Made by a program: the position numbers and the translations under genes. Positions 51,165-63,096 of a stretch of DNA of 64,000 nucleotides are shown one piece after another. The DNA comes from Puccinia triticina. Taxonomy: Eukaryota. The notes beneath the pieces were generated by a model that made no database searches, had not been told where the DNA came from, and saw only the letters and a list, made by a program, of their open reading frames with translations. Numbering within the stretch: position 1 is the first letter of the stretch; the number at the start of each line of letters is the position of its first letter. Where the stretch lies: positions 4,154,001-4,218,000 of the forward strand of contig CP110440.1 in assembly GCA_026914245.1 (NCBI GenBank), written 5' to 3'.

Positions 51165-54100
51165 TGCGAGTTGGCCGAGAACTCTGTTCAATAAGTCGGA
51201 GGAAGGTTGTGTTCCTCTTCTGGGTTATTGGACAACCTATTGGCCCCATAGATGAGGCTTGGAATATTTTTTACTCAGAGCAATTGTGCATCATTACCTA
51301 TATACATAGTGGAAAGCCACCGGTCACAGTACAGGAAGTGGTATCATGAGACTCGAGCGCTTCAAAATTTACCATTGTGAAGATAAAAAATGGGGAGAAA
51401 ATCCGGCATCCCTGATAAGTATAGTACAAGACGCAGGAGAAGCACGCGGTCACATGGCTCCGCAGAAGTTTTATCCTATTCCTTAAGAGTGAGGAGGTAC
51501 AAGCAATAATACAAAAAAAAGCAAAAAAACGAAAAAGAGTAGGCTAAGTACTAGGATGTAGTGTATAAGTACCTCCTTTGGAGGGTCCCTGCGGGACGGC
51601 GTCCCCCCTCCACAAACGGAGGGACTTAGTTAAGTTAGCATATTGCTACCAATGGGAGCCTGGCAAGCACTCCCTAGGGGCCTGGCCTGTTCCTCTGGAC
51701 AACAGATTTGGATAAACACAACTGTACTAGTAATTCACGGGCAGCGCTGCTACCTCTGAATGAACTTAGCTGCTTCCAGTCATTCAAATTGGAATTCCCA
51801 AAACATTTCATCTTGACAGTTTTTATCAACAGATATTGTGGAAGAAACTGGCTAATCTTGAATAGCCTTGGTGGAAAAATAGTCAAAAAATCATTCTCAG
51901 AAATCTCAAATTACTAATCAGGCACCACCTGTTCATTTGATGAAGCAATACCAGATCAGTGGCAATCCTCAATCAGTACATTCTTTTAGTCATTGCTATT
52001 CACACTACAAGAAAAACTCACACAACTGCTAGCAGTTGACATGCAGGTTATTGCTGTGGAACTGCGGTTCTAGCTCCACCCAAACACACAACATCTTTCT
52101 CTGCACAGTCACTGTGCATTGTGAACAATAAATGGGCATTGAAGCTAGCACTGGTGCCTTTGTAATATTGCATGTCAACTGGCAGCAGTTTCTTGAGTTT
52201 TTTTCACAGTGTAGGTCAAAGGTTGACCTTGAAAAAGGCTTGTGTTGTACCACAAGCTTCCTGGTTCTCACATGTCAACTGCTTGCAGTGTCATAATTAG
52301 GGGGTTTCAAAAGTTGGCCAGTTTTGAGTTGCATGCACATTTGCAAGTTGATCTGTGGCTTTTGGTTTGTCTTCTGCAGCAGGTTATGTTCCCTTTGTCC
52401 CAAACTCAACTAAGTTCCTCAAAGATTTGGGGTTGGACTCACAAAGCAAACCTCCTTCAGGAGGGACTTTGAGCAGCTCCACCCCGCAGAAATCTAAGGG
52501 TGCAGTTGGACAGCAAGGCTTGCAAGCAGATGTCTGGGCTGACATTGGCAGCCCCCCATCCACCCCTGCAGAAAAATTTTGCAAGGCAGATGTTGGGAGG
52601 AGAAAATTTCTAGAAGGTTAGGCTGCCCCTCATGGCAGCTAGACCATGAATTCTACCCTTGCAGTGGCCAGGCCATTAATTCTTGAACTTAGCACAAGTC
52701 CCTTGCCTTCCAGGGGGCGCAGCACAAATTGCAACCTCCCATCAGGGAGGGACTTGCATGTAATCCCTGATTCCTGGTGTGAGAGCCCCGCATACAGCTC
52801 TTTGTTTTTGCAGGTGGCCAAATTTGTGCCCCCAAAAACACCACTTCCCAAAGGAACAGAGTCCCTCAACGGATAACAAAGAAAAACCTGCTTCTCCTCT
52901 TTAATTTGGCGGCAGTCACAGGCTGAAAGCACTTGGTTCATGGCCTGTAGAGCAGTCTGAAAAAGGCCTCTTTTTGAGACGCATGAGACACATTCCTGCC
53001 GATGTAATCAAGAGCCAAGTATTCCACTGCCATTCAAGAGATTGAAATAGCTTTTTATACAAAGCCACATTTATGTGCAAAAAAGAAATATCTCTCAATA
53101 TGGTCTGCTTTTCTCCTTGTTTGAAAACTTCAAATGCAAGGATCAGGCCTTATATTGGCAGCTACCTCCCAAGAACTTAATAAGTCCAGAGGAAAAGGCT
53201 CAGCGGGCTGATGTTTGATTCACAAAAATGGAAAAAAGTGAAAAAAGCCTGATACAGGCTGATATTCCTGGGGCTTTCAGGCCAGATACATGTTTTTGCA
53301 GGTAAGCCTCTCTTTGAGACAGAGACCCTGCGGGGCTGCCTCACTGGTCTATCATCTCAAGATATTGTTATCTTTGCCACCATTATATTTACTTATCAGT
53401 CTATAAATAAAGGGGATGAGAAATTGACTCTCATAAATTACAAAATCAACTCCCAAATGGAGTGTATGTTGCGCGGACCGTTTTGAGATGTCTCCCCCGG
53501 GTCCTCATGACCAAATTTTTACCCGGGGGCGTTTTGAGTTGGAATTGGAAATCCGCAATCCCAAACCAGAGTCGGGATTTTAATTTTCCAAAAAATCCCA
53601 CAAAATAAAGAAATATTCATGTCTCCACACTGGAGCACCTAAACACTCCCAAAATTTTACAGCCATCTAGATACACTTCATAGAAAATATGTTAAGATTT
53701 GCAGCAGTAGAAACCATCAGGAAGGCCTTCTGGGACAGGGGGCTGATTTGGCGGATTTCATTAATAGGAAATCCCCCAAAACCTTAACTACAATGCTCCA
53801 AACACTCCAAAAGATTTTCTGAAATAATAATACACTGTTTAGAGCATATTTTCAGATTCACAGCATTAGAACACCTCAGGGAAACCTTGTGTAGGCGGGG
53901 GCTGATTTGGTGGATTTCCTACAAAGGCAATCCACCAAATCCTTAGCTACAGTGCTCCAAACACCCCCAGATTTTTTCTACCATATGAATACAATCTCTA
54001 GAAAATATATTCAGCTCCAAGGAGGTATTGAAAATCAGGAACACCTTCTATAAGCGGGGGGCTAATTTGATTTCCTACTAAGGAACTGCACCAAATCCTT

Positions 54101-54326
54101 AGCTACGGTGCTCCAAACACCCCCAGATTTTTTCTGCCATATGAATACACTCTCTAGAAAATGTGTGGAGCTTCAAGGAGGTATTACACATCAGCACCTG
54201 TGGCACTATAATTCTTTGGCTTTTAGCCAAAGAAAATGTGCATTTTTCTTTGGCTAAAAGCCAAAGGAGCGCTGGAGCTGGCCGGGCTGGCAGAGCTGAG
54301 TTCATAGGAACCTAGCCACAAAACCT

Positions 54327-54419
54327 GGGCAGCGCAACCAATGGTTGTTAGCCTAGTGGTTTGCAGCGCAGCTGCAAACCTCCTTACAGCAAGGTTGCCG
54401 GTTCAATTCCCACTGCCCC
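54327..54419 (+). other. tRNA-derived (SINE-head-like) sequence, not a functional tRNA
   Basis: A-box-like TAGCCTAGTGG (54349-54359) and B-box GGTTCAATTCC (54400-54410); GGGCAG/CTGCCC can pair; no canonical anticodon arm. Confidence 0.5.
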
Positions 54420-54465
54420 CATGCCCCATTTGGGGGTTAGGGGGCGGGTTTTTGGGGGTCGGGTT

Positions 54466-54498
54466 TTAGGGGTTAGGGGTTAGGGGTTAGGGGTTAGG
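54466..54498 (+). repeat. Interstitial telomere-like repeats (TTAGGGG)3(TTAGGG)2
   Basis: Read directly from the sequence. Confidence 0.9.
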
Positions 54499-54540
54499 GC
54501 AGTTTTTTTTAAAAAAAACGTGGCAAGGTGTATAGTACAT

Positions 54541-54750
54541 TGTATTGGTATGTATCGGATACGTATTGGTATGTATCGGATACGTATCGGTATGTATTGG
54601 ATACGTATCGGTATGTATCGGATACGTATCGATATGTATTTTTAGTCAGGTATGTATTGTATATGTATCGGATACGTACCGGTATGTATTGGATACGTAT
54701 CGCTATGTATTTGTATTGGATACAGTAATGTATCCAATACATACCAATAC
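54541..54750. repeat. 21-bp minisatellite (tatgtatcggatacgtatcgg)
   Basis: Tandem degenerate copies with CG/TG variation between units. Confidence 0.85.
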
Positions 54751-57700
54751 CAGCTCATCCAGCGCCAGCCAGCGCGCCAGCTCCAGCGCTAGCCAGCGCC
54801 AGCCAGCGCGCCAGCTCCAGTGGAGCTGGCCCGGCCAGCTCTGCTGTCCTTCGGCTTTTAGCCGAAGAAAAATGCATTATTTTCTTCGGCTAATAGCCGA
54901 AGAAAAAAAGGGACAAAACTCCACATCAGGGAAGCCTTCTATAAAGCACTACGGATGAGGATTTGGTGCAGTTCTTTAGTAGGAAATCAAATTTGCCCCC
55001 CGCTTATAGAAGGTGTTCCTGATGTGCAATCCCTCCTTAAAGCTCAGAATATTTTCTAGAGAGTGTATTCATATGGAATAAAAAATCTGGTTGTGTTTGG
55101 AGCACCGTAGCTAAGAATTTGGTGGATTGCCTTTATAGGAAATCTGCCAAATCAGCCCCCGGCTACACAAGGTGTCCCTGAGGTGGGCTAATGCATTGAG
55201 GCTCAAAATATGTTTTAAAAATTTACTCTTATGGCAGAAAAAATTTGGGGCTGTTTGGAGCACCGTAGATAAGGTTTTGGGGGTTTGCCTTAGTAGGAAA
55301 TCTGCCAAATCAGCCCCTGGCTACACAAGGTGTCCCTGAGGTTTGCTAATGCTGTGAAGCTAAAAATATGGTTTATACAGTGTATTACTATTGCAGAAAA
55401 TCTTTTGGAGTTTTTGGAGCATTGTAGCTAAGGTTGCAGGGGATTTCCTATTGAGGAAATCCGCCAAATTAACCCCCTGTTCCAAAAGGTCTCCCTGAGG
55501 TGTGATAATGCCGCAAAGCTCAACATATGTTTTAAAAAGTGTATTTTTATGGCATAAAGTATTCGGGACCATTTGGAGCACTGTAGATAAGGGTTTGGGG
55601 GATTTCCTGGAAGTTTTCAGGAGCGCAGCGGATGGGGGCGTAGTCCATGGAGCGGCGCGCCCAATGCACCTGAAGCTGTCACTGGTACCGCGCCGCCCCA
55701 GGGCGGCGCGGTGCCTGAGCAGCACATGACGCGCAGCGAGGCACAGCCGCAGCAACCTCGCCCACAAGAGGAAAGGGAAGCCGGCAGAGAGTCCCGGGCC
55801 GGAAACCCAAACGATTCCGCCAATTGATTCCCGCCAGACTCAACACCGAACTATCAACATCAGGCCGCCTAAGGGAAGAAATTTTCGCCCCACCCACCCG
55901 CCCAGTTGTGGATCCCACCCACCCGCGGGCTCCAGCTTTCGGGACTTAACACTATCCAGGAGTGATGCTCTTGAAGGAGGGACAACCAAGCCCCTCCCAC
56001 AAGTAGCTCCTACTCTCCTTCTGAGGGGAAATCCTCAGGAATCCCAAACCCTGTTAAAGGGAGAGGAATAAGAGGAGAGAAGGGAAACTAACTCCACTCA
56101 GCCCATACCGGGATGACTTGAGGGCTACAGGAGTAGCACCTGGGTCAGCCCAAGTGGGAATAATCCCATGGAAGAAAAGGAGCCTGATGGCTACCCAAGC
56201 AACACGCAACTGCCCTCAGCACAAGGTAATGCCCAGCACAGCAGAATGGATATTAAGGAAATCCGCCAAATTAACCCCCCTTGTTCCACAAGGCCTTCCT
56301 GATGATTTCTACTGCTGTGGATCTCAAAATATCTTATAAAAAGTGTATCTAGATGGCTGTAAAATTTTGGGAGCGTTTGGGTGCTCCAGTGAGGAGATAT
56401 CAAAATTTCTCTATTTTGTGGGATTTTTTGTAAAATTAAAATCCCAACTCCTGTTTGGGATTGCGGAATTACAATTCCAACTCCCAAAATGCCCCCGGTT
56501 CATAATTCCGTCATGAGGACCCAAGGGAGACATCTCAAAGCAGTCCGGGCAATGTAAACCCCATTTGGGAGTCAATCTTGTGATTTATGGGAGTCAATTT
56601 CTCAACCCCCTGAATAAAGATAGCTCGTAAAATTGTAAATGCATTAAGGTATTAAATTAACTTATCTTCATTGTATAAAAATCAGAAGCATGCTTATCAG
56701 AAATGACCCCTTTAGCTATCTGAAATCTTTCAAAAATTAGTTGGGTTTGGGTTGGGTTAGGTTGCGGGTTGGTGGTGGTGGTGGCAGGCGGTGGGTGTGG
56801 ATTTGTGTCAGACTGTGGGTTCAGGGGCTGACCTGAATGGAAAAATCCCTGCCCAAAAACAACCTGGCTATCTATTTGGGTCTCAATGGGTTGGGTTGGT
56901 TTTCTAAAGGGACACCCAAAGGCTTCCCAAACCCAACCCAGAACCTATTGGGTTGCAGGTCAACCCAACCCATTCAATACAGGACAACCATGCTGCATTG
57001 TGGGCATTGTCAGACTAGGTCCGCCTGCCCCAGCGCCCTCCCTGTTGGGAGGAACAGCTGATGGGTGGTTGGGCAGGGTCAGGTCAACCTGAAGGGCTGC
57101 TCAACATCATGCCAGGACAGCCCACAACAAATCTGACAGATGTGTCTGCCTGCTTGCAACTCACTTTACTACTGGAACTGTGGTGTATATGGTCTTAAAT
57201 CTGGTTCTGGTATAGGGCCCAGATGGGGTTTCCCCAGTTTAGAACCTCATTGGGTTTGGGTGACTAAATTTGGTTTAGTCCCTCAATTGGATGACATCCT
57301 TTTGGAATTTAGAGAGCTGTAGATGTCCCTCTAACTCCTAAATTGAGACACCTACCAAAATAACAAACAGTGCACATGAAAGCATAGGCTGATGTTTTTT
57401 TTTTTATACCAAAAATTAAGAGTTTGGGTGTGTAAATTGAGATCTGAGAGGCTCCCAGACTCAAAGGGAAGTCATCCATTTAGGGCCTGTGGTGTAGACA
57501 CCGCGCCAACTTGAGCAGCAAAATTGGGTTTTGAGGTGTATTATGTACATCAATTCTACTGGTCATCTCATGTAACCTGCTGTGTAATTATTAGCTTGTT
57601 GGAAGAGGGAGATGCAGAAGAAAGCAGCAATTTCCCATTTCAAATTATATCCCACATGTGTAGTAGCCCAGTTCACGTTGGTCACTTTAACACTATCTTT

Positions 57701-58457
57701 ATCAAATGTTATCAGTAAATTTTCATAAATTTTTCAAATATCAGAAACAGTGAATCCTGAAGAATCTGACCATTTTGTAAAAATTACAAAATTTTAATCA
57801 TAAATGGGTTAAAAATAGCTTTAAAGTTCCAACATGAACCAGGCTAATTGTAGAGAGAACTATGAAAACTGAGTTGGTGAGCACAGACCCCAGTGCAAAA
57901 ACCAATGTTAGTACTGTTTTTAAGATTTTTTCCGCAGTGGAAGGAGTTTTCTGAAATGACTCAAATTCTGTAGGTTAGACAGGCATATGCTAGCCTTCAT
58001 CCTCATCTATTTTATTCCAAAAAGCATTGTGGTGGCAAGGTATTACAGAGGTTTAATATTTCCTCCCACTAAAATTCAAAATCTTCGCTGATACGGAGGC
58101 TGGCTTCGCAAGACCCCGCAGCAGAGGAACTTCGTCAAGTTCGCTTTTTTCCTCAATTCTTCAGTCAAGTGGAGCACGTTCTTGCCCCCCCGACTCGAGA
58201 GTGACTCGAAAACTCAAGGCACATCTTTTCAATCGACACGTTCAACCTTGTGGTCGTTCAAAACTCGCCGCTCTTGGACGGTTCGATCAACCGTGATCGT
58301 TCATGGTCGTTCGGAACTCGCCGCTCTGAATCGCTTGGTTTCCCCTCGAACGCTCTAGAAGGCTCTTTGGTTGAATTGCTCGGGTTCCGCGCGAATTTCT
58401 TAGACCGCTCCTTGTTTGAATTGCTCGGATTCTCTGGGACAATCTATTCGTCGCGGG

Positions 58458-59057
58458 ATGCCTTACAGAACGCTGAACAACGCTTGTTCGCTCATCGTAT
58501 CAGTTCCTTTCCTCGATGAAAATTTGACCACGTTTCCTTCTTGGCGATTACGCCTGGAAGAAGTCCTGAAGATCCAGAACATTCATGACATAGTGATTGG
58601 AAAGGTCGTTCGTCCTGGGCCCGATGTCGAGCATGTTCGCACCTCCGAAGAAGGCTATAATCCGGAGGAATCCATTGCAGATTGGGATAGGTTGTCGGAC
58701 GTCGCTTGCTCAACAATCAGGCTCACGTTAGCGATAGATATGGCAATGCGCTACCAAGAAATAAAACCGGCGCGTACCCTTTTCACAATGATTTGCGACA
58801 TGTACGACAGATCGATTGCAGATCGCCTCCTCCGAATCGAAGATAGCTTGCGCAAAACAACAGGACGTATTCGCTGCTGGAACTGTGGCCATCCCGGCCA
58901 TCACTTGTCCAACTGTAATCAACCAGGTCTCAAGAAGAAACCCAAATCATTCACGGTCCCCTCTCCTCCATGCCCTACTTTGACGGCACCGGTGGACAAC
59001 TCTAACCCAAATGAAGATAGCAGTTTTGATGATGAAACCAATGTAGTTTGGACTTGA
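58458..59057 (+). CDS. Stand-alone Copia gag-like protein with CCHC zinc knuckle (199 aa)
   Basis: FPSWRLRLEEVLKIQNIHDIVIG...WDRLSDVACSTIRLTL resembles the Copia gag N-terminus; CWNCGHPGHHLSNC knuckle; no pol or LTR seen nearby. Confidence 0.65.
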   Translation: MPYRTLNNACSLIVSVPFLDENLTTFPSWRLRLEEVLKIQNIHDIVIGKVVRPGPDVEHVRTSEEGYNPEESIADWDRLSDVACSTIRLTLAIDMAMRYQEIKPARTLFTMICDMYDRSIADRLLRIEDSLRKTTGRIRCWNCGHPGHHLSNCNQPGLKKKPKSFTVPSPPCPTLTAPVDNSNPNEDSSFDDETNVVWT

Positions 59058-59371
59058 TGGACCAGAAGTCTGATTTTTTTTATTTGTGGTGTATATGTAT
59101 GATGCGTGCAACTCTGGCGCATGCTAATCAAGATTTATTTCTATCGCCTGCTTACTTTATTGAGTACAGTTACTGTTGTGGTTAGATTAGATAAGAAAGA
59201 AGGAAAAAACAAATGGTGCAAGCAATTAAGAGATCTGTTGTAGACATGTTTATCTAATTACAGATAACTGAAGAAAAAGGTGACAACTTACAAGCCAGAG
59301 GAAACACATTGGCTGCAGCTTTGATGATAGTGGCAACTTTGATGATGGTAGTTTCAATGATGATGGATGAT

Positions 59372-59532
59372 TATGGTATTCAAAATTGCATATGCCCCTG
59401 TTTACATAAAATCATAAAGCCCATTTTGGCTGGGAGATGTCAGCGTGCATAAAACTTAAAGTGACATCTCCCAGCCAAAATTGCAGTTTATGATTTTATG
59501 TAAAAAAATCTTATGCAATTTTGAATACCATA
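59372..59532. mobile_element. Small hairpin MITE
   Basis: TATGGTATTCAAAATTGCATA...TATGCAATTTTGAATACCATA near-palindrome. The TSD is ambiguous: TA, or GATGAT within a GAT-rich tract. Confidence 0.75.
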
Positions 59533-60239
59533 GATGATGGCAGCTTTGATGATGAATGATGATAGTGGCTTGGGTGAGTCTCCCTAATATTTGTCAACAA
59601 ACCACAAGTTTCCTTCAATTCTCAACCTACTTCATCTTGAAAGTCATCATTTAGGCCCCATTTGGCAGGGCCCAGTGTGATATGTGGTAATAAGCTCAAT
59701 TAAGGTTTATGAACCTTACTGGGATTATTACTGGGCTTAGGTAATCTTAAAGGGCCATTTGGGACAGTCAATGTGATATTGCAAGGCAAGTCTGTCTGTT
59801 TGGTGTGCCCCTCAAAATCAAGTCAGGTCCAGCGCTCCTCTTGAGTCCAATGCCACAATACCCCCACCAAGCTCCACAAACCTCAACAACATCTGTGTCT
59901 TGCCTCACTCCCAAGACAAACACCAGCAGAAAGTCATCAAGCTTATCATCTCATGGTAAGCGGAGGAGGGATTGAAGGCTTGGTAAATTGGGGTAGGAGG
60001 CTTTGACATTAAGGGAGGTTTCTTGTGTCTGGGTGCCATGAGGGGGCTTTAAAGTTAAAAATCAGGCCGTGCAGATCCCAGGAATCAGGAAAAAATGGAC
60101 TTGGAACCTCTCCTGCGGACCTGATTTCCTTCTTTGAAAAAGGCTCCAGGAGAAGGAAAAAGGTCAAGACACCCCCTCAAGGGTGTTCTCACCTATCTCC
60201 GATTACATCTGCATGCCGGCCACTCAACCAGTCTGTGAT

Positions 60240-60600
60240 TATGTATGCAACTTGATGTCCAGTTGGGTCTATACCGGCCATTGAGTGACACAATACTCAA
60301 TGGCCGGTTGGGTCTGTACCAGCCATCAAGTGACACAACACTTGATGGCCGGTTGGGTCTGTACTGGTGGCCATTGAGTGACACAACACTCAATGGCCGG
60401 TCAGGTCTGTACTGGCGTCCATCAAGTGACACAACACTCAATGGCCGGTTGGGTCTGTAAGTTGTGTCACTCAACAGCGGGCTGGTCATCAAGTGAGTAC
60501 TCACAACACTTGATGACCAGGACAGACCTGTCATCAAATGATTATTGAGTTGCGTACCCACTCCATGACCGGTACATACCGGTCATTGGGTTGTGTGCAC
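60240..60600. repeat. About 39-bp tandem array (gtgacacaacactcaatggccggttgggtctgtac)
   Basis: At least five degenerate copies; a Harbinger-like GGCCCCATTTGG end lies upstream at about 59654. Confidence 0.75.
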
Positions 60601-61363
60601 GCACTGAAGGACCGGTCTGGACTCCGGGAGGAACCCATTAAGGAAAAAACATTTCTGCCAAAGATTCTCCAGGTTGGAAACTTCTGATGCAACATCAGGA
60701 GTTTTTTCCACTTTGGGGGTGTTCAAACTAGAGCCCCCAGGTTGCTGTTTTTGGTGGTGATTTTTTTTTCCTGGAAATTGGACCTGCGCAACCTGATTTC
60801 AACTTTGAAACCCCCTATTGTGTTGAAGATTGGTTCAAGCCAAAAGGGGGGGTTTATTACAGCGGGGTCAGCGCAACACCAGATACATATCCAATTTGAT
60901 TTATATTTCCAAGCTGGTCCTAATGTAATTGGCATTTTCTGGGGTTTGCCTGGAAAGAAAAACCAATTTTTCAGGTTGTGGGTTCAATTCCCAACCAAAA
61001 AAAGCTTTTTTTTTCATCCAATTTTGCCCCTCTGGGCTTTTCTCCCAAAAAAATCCTCCTCATGTACTACGTATCTCAACCAGGTCCAATTGGGAAAACC
61101 CCAATTTCCCCACATATCCAAAACCCAAAATTAGCAGAATTCACATGAGGTGGCTTGGTTGGGGCTTTCCGGGGTCCTATGTTTGTTGCAAGTCAGTGGA
61201 TGACTTCCTGTCAAGTCTGGGAGCCTCCCAGATCTCAATTTACACATCCAAACTCTTGATTTGCAGTAACAAGGAAAATGTTTTCCTAAGCCTGCAGATC
61301 TTTGCTTTCATGCGTGCTGTTTGGGGTTTTGGAAGGTGTCTTAATTTAGGATTGAGAGGTGCA

Positions 61364-62345
61364 TTAGAGATGGCACTTTTGCACCCGGGTACCCGCCGGC
61401 CATTTTGGCCAGATCCTGACATCCGCATCCGCATCCGCACTCCTTGGCGGGTAACTGCCGGCCTGGGCGGGTACCCGCGCGGATATCCGCGGGTACCCGC
61501 CACCAAAAACGCTCCTCACAGACAAGATCATGTTTTCATTTCATCACATCATATGTTTTCTTTTCTTTGGTGACAGTAGAGGGGGAGAATATCACTCCAC
61601 TGTCACCACATTGCCTTTGGTGGCACCACGTGCCTTCATCCTGCCCTTAGGATTATCCTTCATCTTTTCCATATGTTTGTGGAGAGCCAGAGGTTCAATC
61701 TTGCCGTTCTTTGAGTAGAACAACAACACCATCCCTCTCCCTACCAATTTTGCATTGAGTTTGTGTCTCTTGGCCAAGACTACGTCTCGGCCAAAGCTGA
61801 AAGTCCGTTTGACATCAACGGTTGTTGCTATACATAATTAATGAAACAATTGATTAGTTTTGTGTTTTGATACCTGTGCAGAAAAAATTAATCTTACTGG
61901 GGCAGCACATGACATCAAGTGCCATCTGTAAGAGTCCATGGTGGTTATTTCCGCTACGTTTTTGTTCAGCCCACCACTTGAGCCCATTGATTGGTTCGCC
62001 GTCTTCCAAATAAAGGCCGCCGGATAGCCATATGTCCACAGGATCTGATAGCGCTTCGGAAGATCTTGCGACAGCAGCAGCGCCAAGCCCGGCCAGAACA
62101 CCAGTTTGTGGCTGGTGGAAACTTTGGTCAGTTGAATTGCTTAGTGTGAGAGATTACAAGATTTCGTTTACCTTTATTGGTCATTTCCTGGGTGGTTTTG
62201 GTGCGGTAATTGTGTTTGAAGGCTTATACCATGTATTGTACATCTCGCGAGTGAGATCTATTTCCTCACTAATCCATGACTTAGGCCATTTGGCCAGCTT
62301 AAAGTATTCATCCTTGAACAACAGATGGAGAACTGAATGGTCAAA
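61364..62345 (-). mobile_element. hAT transposon 3' end with degenerate transposase dimerisation domain
   Basis: Terminus TAGAGATGGC with GGGTACCCG/GGATATCCG subterminal motifs. Protein fragments LKWW..LLQMALDVMCCP/ATTVDVKRTFSFGRDVV..KRHKL, and FKDEYFKLAKWPKSWI. Confidence 0.8.
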
Positions 62346-63096
62346 AGATATTATGTTAGTTACAAAACATGTTAGAAAAAATCCAATTAGACTCAAAGAA
62401 AAGGCCTACCCATTGCTATTCTGTAGATTGGTGCGCAGTCAGTGAGCAAATTAGTGGTTTAACATTAAGCGGACCGACAGGAACACCACAAAAAAAAATT
62501 GGCAGCATTTCCCCCAGTTGTAAAATAAAATTACAGGTACAATATGACCTGGACCACTTGGCTCTTTAAGCAATTGGCGCCGAGCAAGAGCCAAGTGGTG
62601 AACTCAACTACCCCAGACGCCGTATCCTTTTATACTTTTCCCCCCAACCTCAACTGACCACGACTTCCGCCTCGCCTTATTCCTTTTCCGACCCTATTAT
62701 GTTTCTCAACATCAAGTTACTATTTTCCCCTCCATTGTCTGTGTGCGTTGCAAGAATGTGAAGCTGATGATGTCCTCCAAATCCGGAAAACTGAGACTAT
62801 TTCTGTTTCCCGGGTTGGTATGCTATTCCTTCCGAGGCCTACACGTTGCCGGAATACTACCAATTCCGGGATCCTGAGACAGTGTCCCGGGCTACAATGT
62901 CTCTCCGGGCCCCGCAATTTCCAGAATAAGATGTTCGCCAATTCCGGGAAGCTGAGACCGTGTCCCAGAATAGATGTGCCAATATTGATACCAACATTAT
63001 GTCTTGTTTCCAGTCCGTTGGGTTGAAGCTTTCCTGTAAAGATCAATTCCTGATGGAGCGCAAGATATTTTCGACTTCGCCGCGATCAGTGCCCGC

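Larger units (their letters stand above)
44538..51638 (+). mobile_element. Complete autonomous helicase-encoding DNA transposon (AcademH lineage), 7101 bp
   Basis: Terminal inverted repeat CTAACTTAAC / GTTAAGTTAG. Perfect 9-bp TSD CATATTGCT at 44529-44537 and 51639-51647. Convergent transposase and SF2 helicase genes, both open after splicing. Confidence 0.92.
54211..54905. mobile_element. Nested inverted-repeat element carrying a tRNA-like cassette, telomere-like repeats and a minisatellite
   Basis: Hairpin-forming ends TT(C/T)GGCTTTTAGCC(G/A)AAG...GGCTAA(A/T)AGCC(G/A)AAG on both sides; it interrupts the subrepeat array of the foldback element. Confidence 0.6.
53412..56610. mobile_element. 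Foldback/MULE-like element with long inverted arms of about 160-bp subrepeats
   Basis: The left arm GGGGATGAGAAATTGACTC... mirrors the right arm ...GAGTCAATTTCTCAACCCCC over more than 300 bp. Flanks TAAATAAA/TGAATAAA (7/8). Confidence 0.75.

Noticed and set aside
54327..54419. Functional tRNA gene
   Set aside because: Promoter-like boxes are present, but I could not fold a canonical cloverleaf or anticodon arm.
54466..54498. True telomere
   Set aside because: Only five units, internal, and enclosed in nested repeats.
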